A program made the translations under genes and the position numbers. Below the pieces are notes generated by a model. The model saw only the letters and a program-made list of their open reading frames with translations, did not search any database and was not told where the DNA came from. From IMG/VR virus record IMGVR_UViG_3300045988_142756: a stretch of DNA of 64,000 bases; one strand, written 5' to 3'. Positions 9,706 to 18,316 of the stretch are shown piece after piece (positions within the stretch are counted from its first letter, which is position 1; each line of letters begins with the position of its first letter). This DNA is from a virus.

Positions 9706-10476
9706 ATGGAAAAATTAAAAATGTGGGCAAAAAAAGAATGGCAAGAAACATCTATCTTATTTCATTCAATTCCGTCTGTTACAGTAGTTCTATTTGCTGT
9801 ATCTGTTGTAGCAATGAATCTGATGGCTAACAAAACGATAGTGTCTGTTAATGACGCAGCAGGTAATCAGGTTTTTGCGCTGGATGGTGGATTTACTGTA
9901 TCTTGGATATCCTTCTTGTGTATGGATATAATCACTAAACGATTTGGACCTAAAGCATCAACTAAGGTATCTATATTAGCAATAGGCACTAATGTATTAA
10001 CGTGTTTAATGTTTTGGCTTGTTAGTATAATTCCAACAGATAAATCTTTAGGTGATTTTTCTGCAATTGACTCCGTCTTAGGAGGAACTTGGTTTGTTCT
10101 TTTAAGTAGCACGATTGCTTTTATAATTTCGGCAGTCATCAATAACTTTACTAACGACGCATTAGGTAAAGCGTTTCATAAGAACCCTAATGGTAAATTA
10201 GCCTATGTAACAAGAACATATATTTCTACAATGATAGGTCAATTTTTAGATAACTTAATATTCTCTGTATTAACATTTATGATATTTGCGCCTAAATATT
10301 GGGGATTTAAGTGGACATTTTTAGCGTGTATAACTTGTGCTATAACTGGTGCAGTTGCTGAGCTCGTTATGGAAATAATCTTTTCTCCTATTGGATTCAA
10401 CGTTTGTAAAAAATGGGAAGCAAAAGGCATTGGAAATGAATACATTTCGTATTGCTTAAAGGAGAAAGATATATGA
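9706..10476 (+). CDS. yhhQ: YhhQ/VUT-family queuosine-precursor (preQ0/preQ1) transporter
   Basis: Polytopic membrane protein. SFLCMDIITKRFGPKA and ISTMIGQFLDNLIFSVLTF align by eye with E. coli YhhQ FLATDLTVRIFGAPLA and ASTLFGNVSDTLAFFFIAF. Confidence 0.75.
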   Translation: MEKLKMWAKKEWQETSILFHSIPSVTVVLFAVSVVAMNLMANKTIVSVNDAAGNQVFALDGGFTVSWISFLCMDIITKRFGPKASTKVSILAIGTNVLTCLMFWLVSIIPTDKSLGDFSAIDSVLGGTWFVLLSSTIAFIISAVINNFTNDALGKAFHKNPNGKLAYVTRTYISTMIGQFLDNLIFSVLTFMIFAPKYWGFKWTFLACITCAITGAVAELVMEIIFSPIGFNVCKKWEAKGIGNEYISYCLKEKDI

Positions 10477-11120
10477 AAGTAGTTATAACTGGAAGTAGTT
10501 CCGGAATAGGTCAATCTACCGCTAAGTTATTTATAGAAAGAGGACACGATGTTATAGGTATAGATAGAGAAGATAGTACAATATCTGACGATAACTATAA
10601 ACACATCGTTTGCGATATTCGCTTTATTGACCAACTACCTAATATAGAAGGTGTTAATATTCTTATAAATAACGCAGGTACTCAAAATGAAGATGACATC
10701 GGAAATAATCTTATAGGTACTATAAATGTTACTGAAAAGTATGCGTTTCAAAGTGCTATTAAGAGCGTACTTATGGTATCTTCTGCAAGTGCATTAACAG
10801 GTGCTGAATTTTACGAATATTGTGCAAGTAAAGGTGGAATGAACGCTTATGGCAAGAACGTTGCCAGTAGAATTGCAAAATATAACGCCACTTGTAACAA
10901 TCTTTGTCCTGGGGGTGTAAGTACTGCTTTGAATAAACATATTTTAGATAATCCTTCTATGTTGAAAAAAGTATTATCTGAAACAATGCTGAATCGATGG
11001 GCAACAGCAGATGAAATCGCTGAATGGATATATTTTTTAACTGTTACAAATAAATTTATGACAGCACAAGATATATTAGTGGACGGAGGCGAAGCCGCTA
11101 AATCAAATTTCATATGGTAG
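10473..11120 (+). CDS. classical short-chain dehydrogenase/reductase (SDR)
   Basis: TGSSSGIG cofactor motif, NNAG, catalytic Ser (VSSASAL) and YCASK (YxxxK). The ATG at 10473 overlaps the yhhQ stop as ATGA. Confidence 0.8.
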   Translation: MKVVITGSSSGIGQSTAKLFIERGHDVIGIDREDSTISDDNYKHIVCDIRFIDQLPNIEGVNILINNAGTQNEDDIGNNLIGTINVTEKYAFQSAIKSVLMVSSASALTGAEFYEYCASKGGMNAYGKNVASRIAKYNATCNNLCPGGVSTALNKHILDNPSMLKKVLSETMLNRWATADEIAEWIYFLTVTNKFMTAQDILVDGGEAAKSNFIW

Positions 11121-11350
11121 AAATATTAGGTATAATTTCAACGCTATTCATTGTTTTAGCGTTTGCGTGTAAAAATATTATATCAATAAGGTTATTAGAT
11201 ATAATAGGTGCTATGGGATTTGTAGTATATGGTGCATTAACAAAAACGTGGAGCACATTAGCATTAAACATTGCACTCATACTCATAAATTTATTTTATT
11301 TAATTAAATATTACAAGGAGAAACATAAAAATGTTGAAAATCAAAACTGA
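11114..11350 (+). CDS. small 3-TM membrane protein, SemiSWEET/PnuC-clan-like
   Basis: 78 aa with three hydrophobic segments. GFVVYGAL...LNIALILINLFYLIKYYKE resembles the TM2-TM3 pattern of SemiSWEET/PnuC-type 3-TM units, but the PQ motif is absent. Overlaps the SDR stop by 7 nt. Confidence 0.4.
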   Translation: MVEILGIISTLFIVLAFACKNIISIRLLDIIGAMGFVVYGALTKTWSTLALNIALILINLFYLIKYYKEKHKNVENQN

Positions 11351-12470
11351 AACACTTAAAACAGCTGTAACAAAATCGGTAAAAGGTTCAAGCAGACTGC
11401 CTATGCTTTTGCTTACTAATTGCATTGGTATTGAAGTAAAAGACGGAAATCTTATTCTTACTACTACTGACGGCAGTACTAATCTTGAGGTTACTGTAAA
11501 AGTTAATACTAACGAAGAATTTTATGCTTGCACGGATAGTGCTTTATTTGCGTCACTTGTTTCTAAAACAACTACTGACGACATTGGGCTTGAAATTAGA
11601 AACGAGTCTTTATTCTTCCGTGGTAACGGCGTTTATAATCTGCCCTTGGTACAAGACGAAGAAGGAAATACTGTTCGTATCCCAGTTGATACTAATTTTG
11701 ATGCTGAAACTGCTGTTACTGTTAAAAAGGAAGACATTGTTCCTTTGTATAAATTTAATAAACTTGCAGTAGCGAAAACAAAAGAGATTCCTCAATTCTC
11801 GGCGTATTGCGTATCTCATAACAGAATTTATACTTATAATACAACTAACCTTTGTATTTCTAAATCTAAACTGGGTAGTTTCAATATGTTACTTCCTGCA
11901 AGCGTTGCAGATTTGTTAGCACTTATAGATGAAGATGAAATTCAAGTAGTTAATGCTGATTCTAAATTCATCATTAAATCTAACACTATCTTTATTCAGG
12001 GTACAGTTGTAGATGGTTTTGAAAAATTCCCTATTGATGCTGCAAATCAACTTATTACTCCGTCTAATTTCAGTACTAAGATTGAATTGAATACAACACA
12101 ACTTGTTAATGTGCTTGACCGTATGTCGTTGTTTATTGCACCAGAAGATATGAATGCAATTAACTTAACTCTTACTGAAGATTATCTTACAATTACGAAT
12201 AGGGCAGGTAATGGTTGTGAAAAACTTTTATATCTTTCCAGACCTACTGGTAGCCCTTCTTTGGAAACTTGTTTAGATATTTCAGACCTTAAAATGGTTG
12301 TCAGTGCAGTTGAGTTGGATTCTGTTAATATTTCATTTAGTGATACAGGTAACGCTTGTATTGAACTTACGAATTCTTATATTGTTATTCCTTCTATTTC
12401 TACTGAGGAAGAAGAACAGGTTGAAGAAGAATATGTTTCTGAAGAAGACGAGGTAGAAGATGTCGAATAA
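11331..12470 (+). CDS. dnaN: DNA polymerase sliding clamp (beta-clamp-like)
   Basis: The N-terminus MLKIKTETLKTAVTKSVKG...PMLLLTNCIGIEVKDGNLILTTTDGSTNLEV is a typical beta-clamp opening. About 380 aa with an acidic tail. Confidence 0.7.
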   Translation: MLKIKTETLKTAVTKSVKGSSRLPMLLLTNCIGIEVKDGNLILTTTDGSTNLEVTVKVNTNEEFYACTDSALFASLVSKTTTDDIGLEIRNESLFFRGNGVYNLPLVQDEEGNTVRIPVDTNFDAETAVTVKKEDIVPLYKFNKLAVAKTKEIPQFSAYCVSHNRIYTYNTTNLCISKSKLGSFNMLLPASVADLLALIDEDEIQVVNADSKFIIKSNTIFIQGTVVDGFEKFPIDAANQLITPSNFSTKIELNTTQLVNVLDRMSLFIAPEDMNAINLTLTEDYLTITNRAGNGCEKLLYLSRPTGSPSLETCLDISDLKMVVSAVELDSVNISFSDTGNACIELTNSYIVIPSISTEEEEQVEEEYVSEEDEVEDVE

Positions 12471-13236
12471 AGCAAGGACATTGCTTTCAATGGTTAAGTC
12501 GGCGGTTGAAGTATTGCCAGATAACGAGTCTTTTTTATTAGACCTTAAATCAACAGTGGCAATGCTCAATCCCGACAGGGAACCATCTCAAGCATTTAAG
12601 CCTTCGAGTATGAATTGCTTAAGACTATGTTATTTTGATATGGTTAAGGCACCGAGAGATATATCTATCACTGAATATTCAGGTGTTAGAATTCCTGAAA
12701 CGGGTAGTGCAAGTCACGAATCTATACAAAAATATGTATCCAAAATGCAAGAATGCGGAAAAGATTGTGTATGGGTAAAACCAAGTGATTGGATAAAACA
12801 AAATAAATTAGATTATCTTGAAGTAAAAGACGAAGGCGAATTTGAAACTTTATTATACGATACAAGATATAATATTAGATTTAAGTGTGACGGTATTATA
12901 AGATATAAAGGCACATATTATATATTAGAGATTAAGACAGAAACTGAACGAAAAAATGCTTATAGAGAAAATGCTGATGATGGACATAGAAATCAATCTA
13001 TTTGCTATTCGTTGGCTCTTAATATCAATAAAATAATGTGGCTTTATGAATCAAGGGATTTATGTGTTCCTAAAACATTCATAACTACTGTTACCGAAGA
13101 AGAAAAAGGTGAAATGGTTACTAAGTTTGAAATAGTAAATCAAGCCGTTAAAGATAGTGTTCCTCCGGAAAGAACAGAAAACAGAAAAGCCTGTCAGTAT
13201 TGTCATTATATAAACGAGTGTAAGAAATATAAATGA
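12460..13236 (+). CDS. PD-(D/E)XK exonuclease with Cas4/AddB-like Cys cluster
   Basis: CDGIIRY...YILEIKT (D...ExK) nuclease core. One N-terminal Cys region plus C-terminal CQYCHYINEC (C-x2-C-x5-C). Confidence 0.6.
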   Translation: MSNKARTLLSMVKSAVEVLPDNESFLLDLKSTVAMLNPDREPSQAFKPSSMNCLRLCYFDMVKAPRDISITEYSGVRIPETGSASHESIQKYVSKMQECGKDCVWVKPSDWIKQNKLDYLEVKDEGEFETLLYDTRYNIRFKCDGIIRYKGTYYILEIKTETERKNAYRENADDGHRNQSICYSLALNINKIMWLYESRDLCVPKTFITTVTEEEKGEMVTKFEIVNQAVKDSVPPERTENRKACQYCHYINECKKYK

Positions 13237-13694
13237 GTACAAATCGAGGAAAAGATTTTGAGAATATAGTCAGAAGTTCTATAAGTAATCTTGGTATTGA
13301 TATAACAAGACTTTATGATTCAACTTCTGGCTATATTTCTATACATACAACTTGTGATTTTATTGCTTATAAATATCCAACTATATACTACATTGAATGT
13401 AAATCTATAGATGGAAATACCTTGTCTATTGCTGCATTACGACAACTTGACGATTTACTTGAAAAGAAGAAATATTATGGTACTCGTGCTGGATTTTTGA
13501 TATGGTATAAAGACCATAAATTAACATATTGGGTAGAAGCAGATTATGTTAATGAATTACGAAAAAACGGTGATAAAAGTATAAATATTAAAAATTTAAT
13601 AGTATCAGAAGATAACAGAGTACAACTTATACCAGCAGTGTATAAAAGGGTATATGGTGTTTACAATTTTGATAAATTTTTTAGTATAATATAA
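13233..13694 (+). CDS. RecU-like Holliday junction resolvase / PD-(D/E)XK nuclease
   Basis: GKDFENIV..., CDFIAY...YYIECKS (D...ExK) pattern. Lies in a recombination gene neighbourhood. Confidence 0.45.
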   Translation: MSTNRGKDFENIVRSSISNLGIDITRLYDSTSGYISIHTTCDFIAYKYPTIYYIECKSIDGNTLSIAALRQLDDLLEKKKYYGTRAGFLIWYKDHKLTYWVEADYVNELRKNGDKSINIKNLIVSEDNRVQLIPAVYKRVYGVYNFDKFFSII

Positions 13695-13695
13695 T

Positions 13696-14181
13696 ATGGA
13701 AAGTTATAATGATATATTAGAAAAAGTAGATATTTCATCAGAAGAGATTGAAAAGATAATTAAAGCAATAGTTGATAAACATTGCTTTGATTTAACTAAA
13801 TTAGTTAATCAAATTAAAAATATAATGACTACCTCTGATGATGATTTAACTGATAGTGAAATAGATGATTTACTTATTCAATTACCACTGGCTTTATATG
13901 AAGCAAGTGATGAACAAGAATACCTTGGAATGAAAGATGATATATCCACTGCATTAACAAAAGAATTGTATAATAAGGTATATCAATCGTCAGAAGGAAA
14001 AGTCGCTGAAAAGACTGCTATGGCTGAGTTAGCAACACAAAAACAATCAATAATATCTGCAGCAATAAGCAGAAGTTATAAAATTGTTAAAAGTAAAGTT
14101 GAAGCGGCGTATGAATTATTAAATGGTATTAAAAAGATACAGAATAGACGAATTGCTTATAAGGAAATGAGAGGCGAATAA
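13696..14181 (+). CDS. hypothetical protein (helical; possible recombination mediator by position only)
   Basis: ORF directly upstream of, and abutting, the RecA-like gene. No motif recognised. Confidence 0.5.
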   Translation: MESYNDILEKVDISSEEIEKIIKAIVDKHCFDLTKLVNQIKNIMTTSDDDLTDSEIDDLLIQLPLALYEASDEQEYLGMKDDISTALTKELYNKVYQSSEGKVAEKTAMAELATQKQSIISAAISRSYKIVKSKVEAAYELLNGIKKIQNRRIAYKEMRGE

Positions 14182-15221
14182 TGAGTGAACTTGAAAGTTG
14201 GATTAAAAAAATAAATAAGGAAGCAGGTTCTGAAATTATTGCTTTTGGCAATTCAGAAAAAGAGTATGAAAGAATACCATTTTCTTCTCCAAGAGCGAAT
14301 TATTGCTTATACGGAGGAATACCTAAATATAGACTTATAGAATTCGCAGGTCTTGAAAGTTCGGGTAAAACAACTTCTGCACTTGATATATGTAAAAATT
14401 ATCAACTTGAAGAAGGACATAAAAATATTCTTTTTGTAGATGTTGAACATACTTTTGACGAAGAATGGGCAGCAACGTTAGGTGTAAATCCTGAAGAAGT
14501 TGTAGTATTGAGTCCAGAATCAGAAGGTGCAGAAACAGTATTTGATATTATACTTGATAGTATAAGAACAGATTTATTTGGTTTAATTATTATTGATAGC
14601 CTTGCTGCACTTATTCCAAATTCAGTTAAAGAAGAGAGTTTGGAAGATAAAAAGGAAATGGGCGGTATAGCAGCGTCTTTAACAAGGTTTTCGAAAGAGT
14701 GTGTATCAATATTAAAACGCTATAAATGTACTGTTATAGGTATAAATCAACTGCGAGATGATATGAATAACCCATATAATCTTTACAGCACACCTGGTGG
14801 AAAAGCGTGGAAATTCTTATGTAGTGTTAGATTATTTTTTAGCCTTGGTTCTTTTATAAATTCTGAGGGAAAAGAAGTATCTCGTTCTACTGTTGACCCT
14901 GCTGGTAACAGAGTTGATATTAAAGTTGAAAAAACTAAAATTTGTCGTAAAGATAGACGAAATGGTTTTTATACACTTAAATATTTAACTGGTATAGATG
15001 AATTAACTGATACTATTGATACTGCTGTTGAACTTGGGTTTATACAAAGCGGAGGTGCTTGGTTCACACTTATAGATATAGATACAGGTGAACTTATACC
15101 GGATAAAAAATTCCAAGGTAAGACAAAAGTTATTGAGTATTTCAAACAAAACACAGAAGAATATACTAAACTCTGGGAAGCAGTAAATAATAAAATTTGT
15201 GAACATAGGAAAGACATATGA
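14181..15221 (+). CDS. recA: RecA/UvsX-like recombinase
   Basis: YGGIPKYRLIEFAGLESSGKTTSALD (RecA Walker A context), IIIDSLAAL Walker B and GINQLRD. Confidence 0.8.
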   Translation: MSELESWIKKINKEAGSEIIAFGNSEKEYERIPFSSPRANYCLYGGIPKYRLIEFAGLESSGKTTSALDICKNYQLEEGHKNILFVDVEHTFDEEWAATLGVNPEEVVVLSPESEGAETVFDIILDSIRTDLFGLIIIDSLAALIPNSVKEESLEDKKEMGGIAASLTRFSKECVSILKRYKCTVIGINQLRDDMNNPYNLYSTPGGKAWKFLCSVRLFFSLGSFINSEGKEVSRSTVDPAGNRVDIKVEKTKICRKDRRNGFYTLKYLTGIDELTDTIDTAVELGFIQSGGAWFTLIDIDTGELIPDKKFQGKTKVIEYFKQNTEEYTKLWEAVNNKICEHRKDI

Positions 15222-15856
15222 CAGATAAAGAAAGATACATAAAATTATTTAATAACAAAGTTATAAAACAATATCCACAAGCAAAGAATCTGCTTAATTG
15301 GATAGAACAAACAGATTTCTTTGAAGCACCTGCGTCAAGTATGTATCATCTTAATGTGAAAGGTGGATTATGTAAGCATAGTCTTAATGTTTATGATAGA
15401 TTAGTTAAATTAGTTAAATCTGAATATAACAACGACTATGATACATTGGAAACATCAGAGGGTGGTATTGCTTTAATTGGTTTATGCCACGATTTATGTA
15501 AATGTAATACATATGTTTTAGATTATAAAAATGTTAAAAGGCGAGACCCTTATGGAAATCTTAAAGATGATATAGGTAGATTTGATTGGGTAGCAGAACC
15601 ATATTATAAAAAAGAAGAACAGTTGATATACGGACACGGTTCAAAAAGTGTTATGATAATACAAACATTTATACAGAATTTGCCGTTATCAGAGATACTA
15701 GCAGTTAGATTTCACCAAGGTGGTATGGAAATACCTGGTCAATTAGAACCTGGTATAACACAAACATATAATTCATTCCCACTTGCGTTATTAACACATT
15801 TAGCAGATATGTTAAGTTGTTATATCGACGAACGAATACCTGAAAAAGATGTTTGA
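15218..15856 (+). CDS. HD-domain phosphohydrolase
   Basis: MYHLNVKGGLCKHSL and IGLCHDLCK (H...HD) motifs. Confidence 0.6.
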   Translation: MTDKERYIKLFNNKVIKQYPQAKNLLNWIEQTDFFEAPASSMYHLNVKGGLCKHSLNVYDRLVKLVKSEYNNDYDTLETSEGGIALIGLCHDLCKCNTYVLDYKNVKRRDPYGNLKDDIGRFDWVAEPYYKKEEQLIYGHGSKSVMIIQTFIQNLPLSEILAVRFHQGGMEIPGQLEPGITQTYNSFPLALLTHLADMLSCYIDERIPEKDV

Positions 15857-16400
15857 ATTTCTTAAAAATTATAATGGCAATATAAAAGTAAATGGTGCTG
15901 AGTTAGATGCTAACTCGGCTATTACTTTATTAAATAATGAATCTGGTGAATATACAATCGTATTAACACCTATAATTGAAGAAGAATATGATACTGACAC
16001 TTATCAAATAACTGTTAAACCTTATATGACAAAATTTGAAACAGGTATGCAGTTCGATTTTAATAAGCAGTACAACAATGGAATTCCTATGCCGTTAAGA
16101 ACTATGCAAGGTAGTGTTATTAAAGAAACAAAAAATATGTATTATATGAAATTACACGGTTCTCTAATACATACACGATATTGTGTTAAGTGTGGCAGAA
16201 CAATTACGGATACAGTATCATCTTATTATGGCATAGGACCAGAATGTGCAAAAAGTTTGAATATAACAAGACCTGAAAGTGATTACGAGTATAAACGATA
16301 TAAAGCAGACATAGAAAATAAATTAAATAATATAAAATGGGAAGGCTGGATTCCTAAAAGTGCAATAATAGATGTAGAGGTATTAGATGAAGAAGAATAA
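15849..16400 (+). CDS. hypothetical protein with C-terminal zinc-ribbon CVKCGR...GIGPECAK (DUF6011-like)
   Basis: The motif C-x2-C-G-[RK]-x-[IL]-T-x6-10-G-[IY]-G-x-E-C is shared with the 20035..20313 ORF. Confidence 0.5.
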   Translation: MFEFLKNYNGNIKVNGAELDANSAITLLNNESGEYTIVLTPIIEEEYDTDTYQITVKPYMTKFETGMQFDFNKQYNNGIPMPLRTMQGSVIKETKNMYYMKLHGSLIHTRYCVKCGRTITDTVSSYYGIGPECAKSLNITRPESDYEYKRYKADIENKLNNIKWEGWIPKSAIIDVEVLDEEE

Positions 16401-16698
16401 TTTATTTGTTACTACTACAAAAAATTCTATAGATATATTAGAAAAAATAAACCGTAGACAAAATCAGATATTATTGCATAGTTGTATCTATTATAAATTT
16501 GGAACGAGCATAATATCTGATGCACAATTTGATGACTGGTCAAAAGAATTAGTTAAGTTACGAAAAGAAAATCCTGAAATTGCTAAACAAAGCAGATACA
16601 ATAATAGATTTATCAATTTTGACGCTACAACAGGATTTAATTTATATTATGAAGATTTTATAAAGAAAGCGGAATGGTTCATAAATAATGAAAGATAG
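16387..16698 (+). CDS. stand-alone protein resembling NAD-dependent DNA ligase domain Ia
   Basis: LLHSCIYYKFGTSIISDAQFDDWSKELVKLRKENPEI parallels the LigA N-terminal YYxxDxPxISDxEYDxLxxELxxLExxxPE pattern. Confidence 0.4.
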   Translation: MKKNNLFVTTTKNSIDILEKINRRQNQILLHSCIYYKFGTSIISDAQFDDWSKELVKLRKENPEIAKQSRYNNRFINFDATTGFNLYYEDFIKKAEWFINNER

Positions 16699-17023
16699 AC
16701 TTAAACCTACACGATATTATAGTAATAGACAAGAAAAATATGTAGCAAGTAAAGTTGATGGTTATCAAACGGTTAATTCTGGTGCTACAAGATTTAAGAA
16801 AGGGGATATATCCTGCCCTGATATTCTTATAGAATGTAAAACTTCTGTTACAGAAAAGAATAGTTTTTCTGTTAAAAAAGATGTATTAGATAAATTAAAA
16901 CAAGAATCCTTTGCTATGGGAAAAGATAATTGTGTATTAGTTTTTAATTTTGGACCAGATACTAAAAACTATTATATATTAGACGAGAATTACTTCTTAG
17001 AACTTTACAAAAAAGGTAGATAA
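16688..17023 (+). CDS. small PD-(D/E)XK-type nuclease (resolvase-like)
   Basis: GDISCPDILIECKT (D...ExK). Confidence 0.4.
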   Translation: MKDRLKPTRYYSNRQEKYVASKVDGYQTVNSGATRFKKGDISCPDILIECKTSVTEKNSFSVKKDVLDKLKQESFAMGKDNCVLVFNFGPDTKNYYILDENYFLELYKKGR

Positions 17024-17063
17024 ATAAGTATATTTTATTAAATATATAAAGGAGTTTATGTTT

Positions 17064-17318
17064 ATGCCGATTACAACTCATATTGTAAAAGTTGAAAAAG
17101 ACAATACAATTAAAATACCTAAAACCATTTGCGATGCACTTGGTATTAGCGAGGGTATCCCCCTTAGAATTAAAAGTGATAATAACGGATATAGTTTTAC
17201 AGTTAAAACTGTTCCTTCAATGGAAAGTATAAAGTTAATTGACGAACTTAAAGAAGAAATAACAAGATTACAAAAAGAAAATAGAGATATTAAAGAAAAA
17301 TGGCAAATCAATCGTTAG
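17064..17318 (+). CDS. AbrB/SpoVT-type DNA-binding protein
   Basis: IKIPKTICDALGISEGIPLRIKSD swapped-hairpin pattern followed by a coiled-coil tail. The second ATG (17064) has better spacing to the AAAGGAG RBS than 17058. Confidence 0.55.
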   Translation: MPITTHIVKVEKDNTIKIPKTICDALGISEGIPLRIKSDNNGYSFTVKTVPSMESIKLIDELKEEITRLQKENRDIKEKWQINR

Positions 17319-18316
17319 CAGTTAAATATAGACCTAATATGTGGGATGCTGTTATTGGCCAACCCACTATTGTAGATATACTTAAAACTCAGGCTGAGTC
17401 TGGCAAATTTTCCAGAACAATATTGCTTTGTGGTCCGGCAGGGTGTGGTAAAACAACCCTTGCTCGTATATTTGCTAAAGCAATAAATAACGGAAAAGGT
17501 ACACCTATTGAAATTGACGGTGCGTCAAACAATGGTGTTGATAATGTAAGAGATATTATTGACAGAGCACAACAGAAAGCGTTAGACGCAGAATATAAAT
17601 GTTTCATTATTGACGAGTGTCATTCTTTATCTAATAACGCTTGGCAAGCATTTCTTAAAACAATTGAGGAACCGCCTGCAAAATCAGTATTTCTTTTTTG
17701 TACAACAGACCCTCAGAAAATACCAAACACTATTCTTTCGAGGGTGCAGAGATTTGATATAAAAAGAATTTCATTTGAAGATATAGTAAATAGATTAAAA
17801 TTTATTATTAAATCTGAAAATATAACTAACTGGGAAGAACCTGCTGTCGAATATATTGCTAAAATAGGCGATGGTGGTATGCGTGAAAGCATTTCATTAT
17901 TGCAAAAAGCACTTAGTTACTCCAAAAATCTAACCGTAGACAACACAATTAAAGCGTTAGGTATAATTGATTATTCAGTTATGTTTGACCTGATTAACGC
18001 CATATATGACGGGGAAGAAAGTAAGGTAATTGATATAATTGAAAAACAATATAGAGATGGAGCAGACCTTAAACAGTTTATAAAACAGTTTACTCTATTT
18101 TTACTTGATATAAGAAAATATTCTTTGTTTAATTCTACTAAATATATTTCAATACCAGATACATATTTACCTGAATTAAAGAAGTATATAAAAGAAACGG
18201 ACGAAAAAGTAAATAAGATGTTTCTTGACCAGGTAAATGAACTTAACAGCAGTATTAAATGGGAAACAGTTGTAAAACCACTTATTGAATTGAAATTGTT
18301 AATGTTATGCAAATAA
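17300..18316 (+). CDS. dnaX: clamp loader ATPase, DNA pol III gamma/tau-like
   Basis: LLCGPAGCGKTT Walker A, FIIDECH Walker B and SRVQRF sensor motif. Confidence 0.85.
   Translation: MANQSLAVKYRPNMWDAVIGQPTIVDILKTQAESGKFSRTILLCGPAGCGKTTLARIFAKAINNGKGTPIEIDGASNNGVDNVRDIIDRAQQKALDAEYKCFIIDECHSLSNNAWQAFLKTIEEPPAKSVFLFCTTDPQKIPNTILSRVQRFDIKRISFEDIVNRLKFIIKSENITNWEEPAVEYIAKIGDGGMRESISLLQKALSYSKNLTVDNTIKALGIIDYSVMFDLINAIYDGEESKVIDIIEKQYRDGADLKQFIKQFTLFLLDIRKYSLFNSTKYISIPDTYLPELKKYIKETDEKVNKMFLDQVNELNSSIKWETVVKPLIELKLLMLCK

Noticed and set aside
17300-18316. A dnaX-style programmed -1 frameshift (gamma/tau) in the clamp-loader gene
   Set aside because: By eye I found no A AAA AAG-type heptamer. 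The longest candidates are A5 runs in the wrong register, and there is no overlapping -1 ORF of meaningful length.
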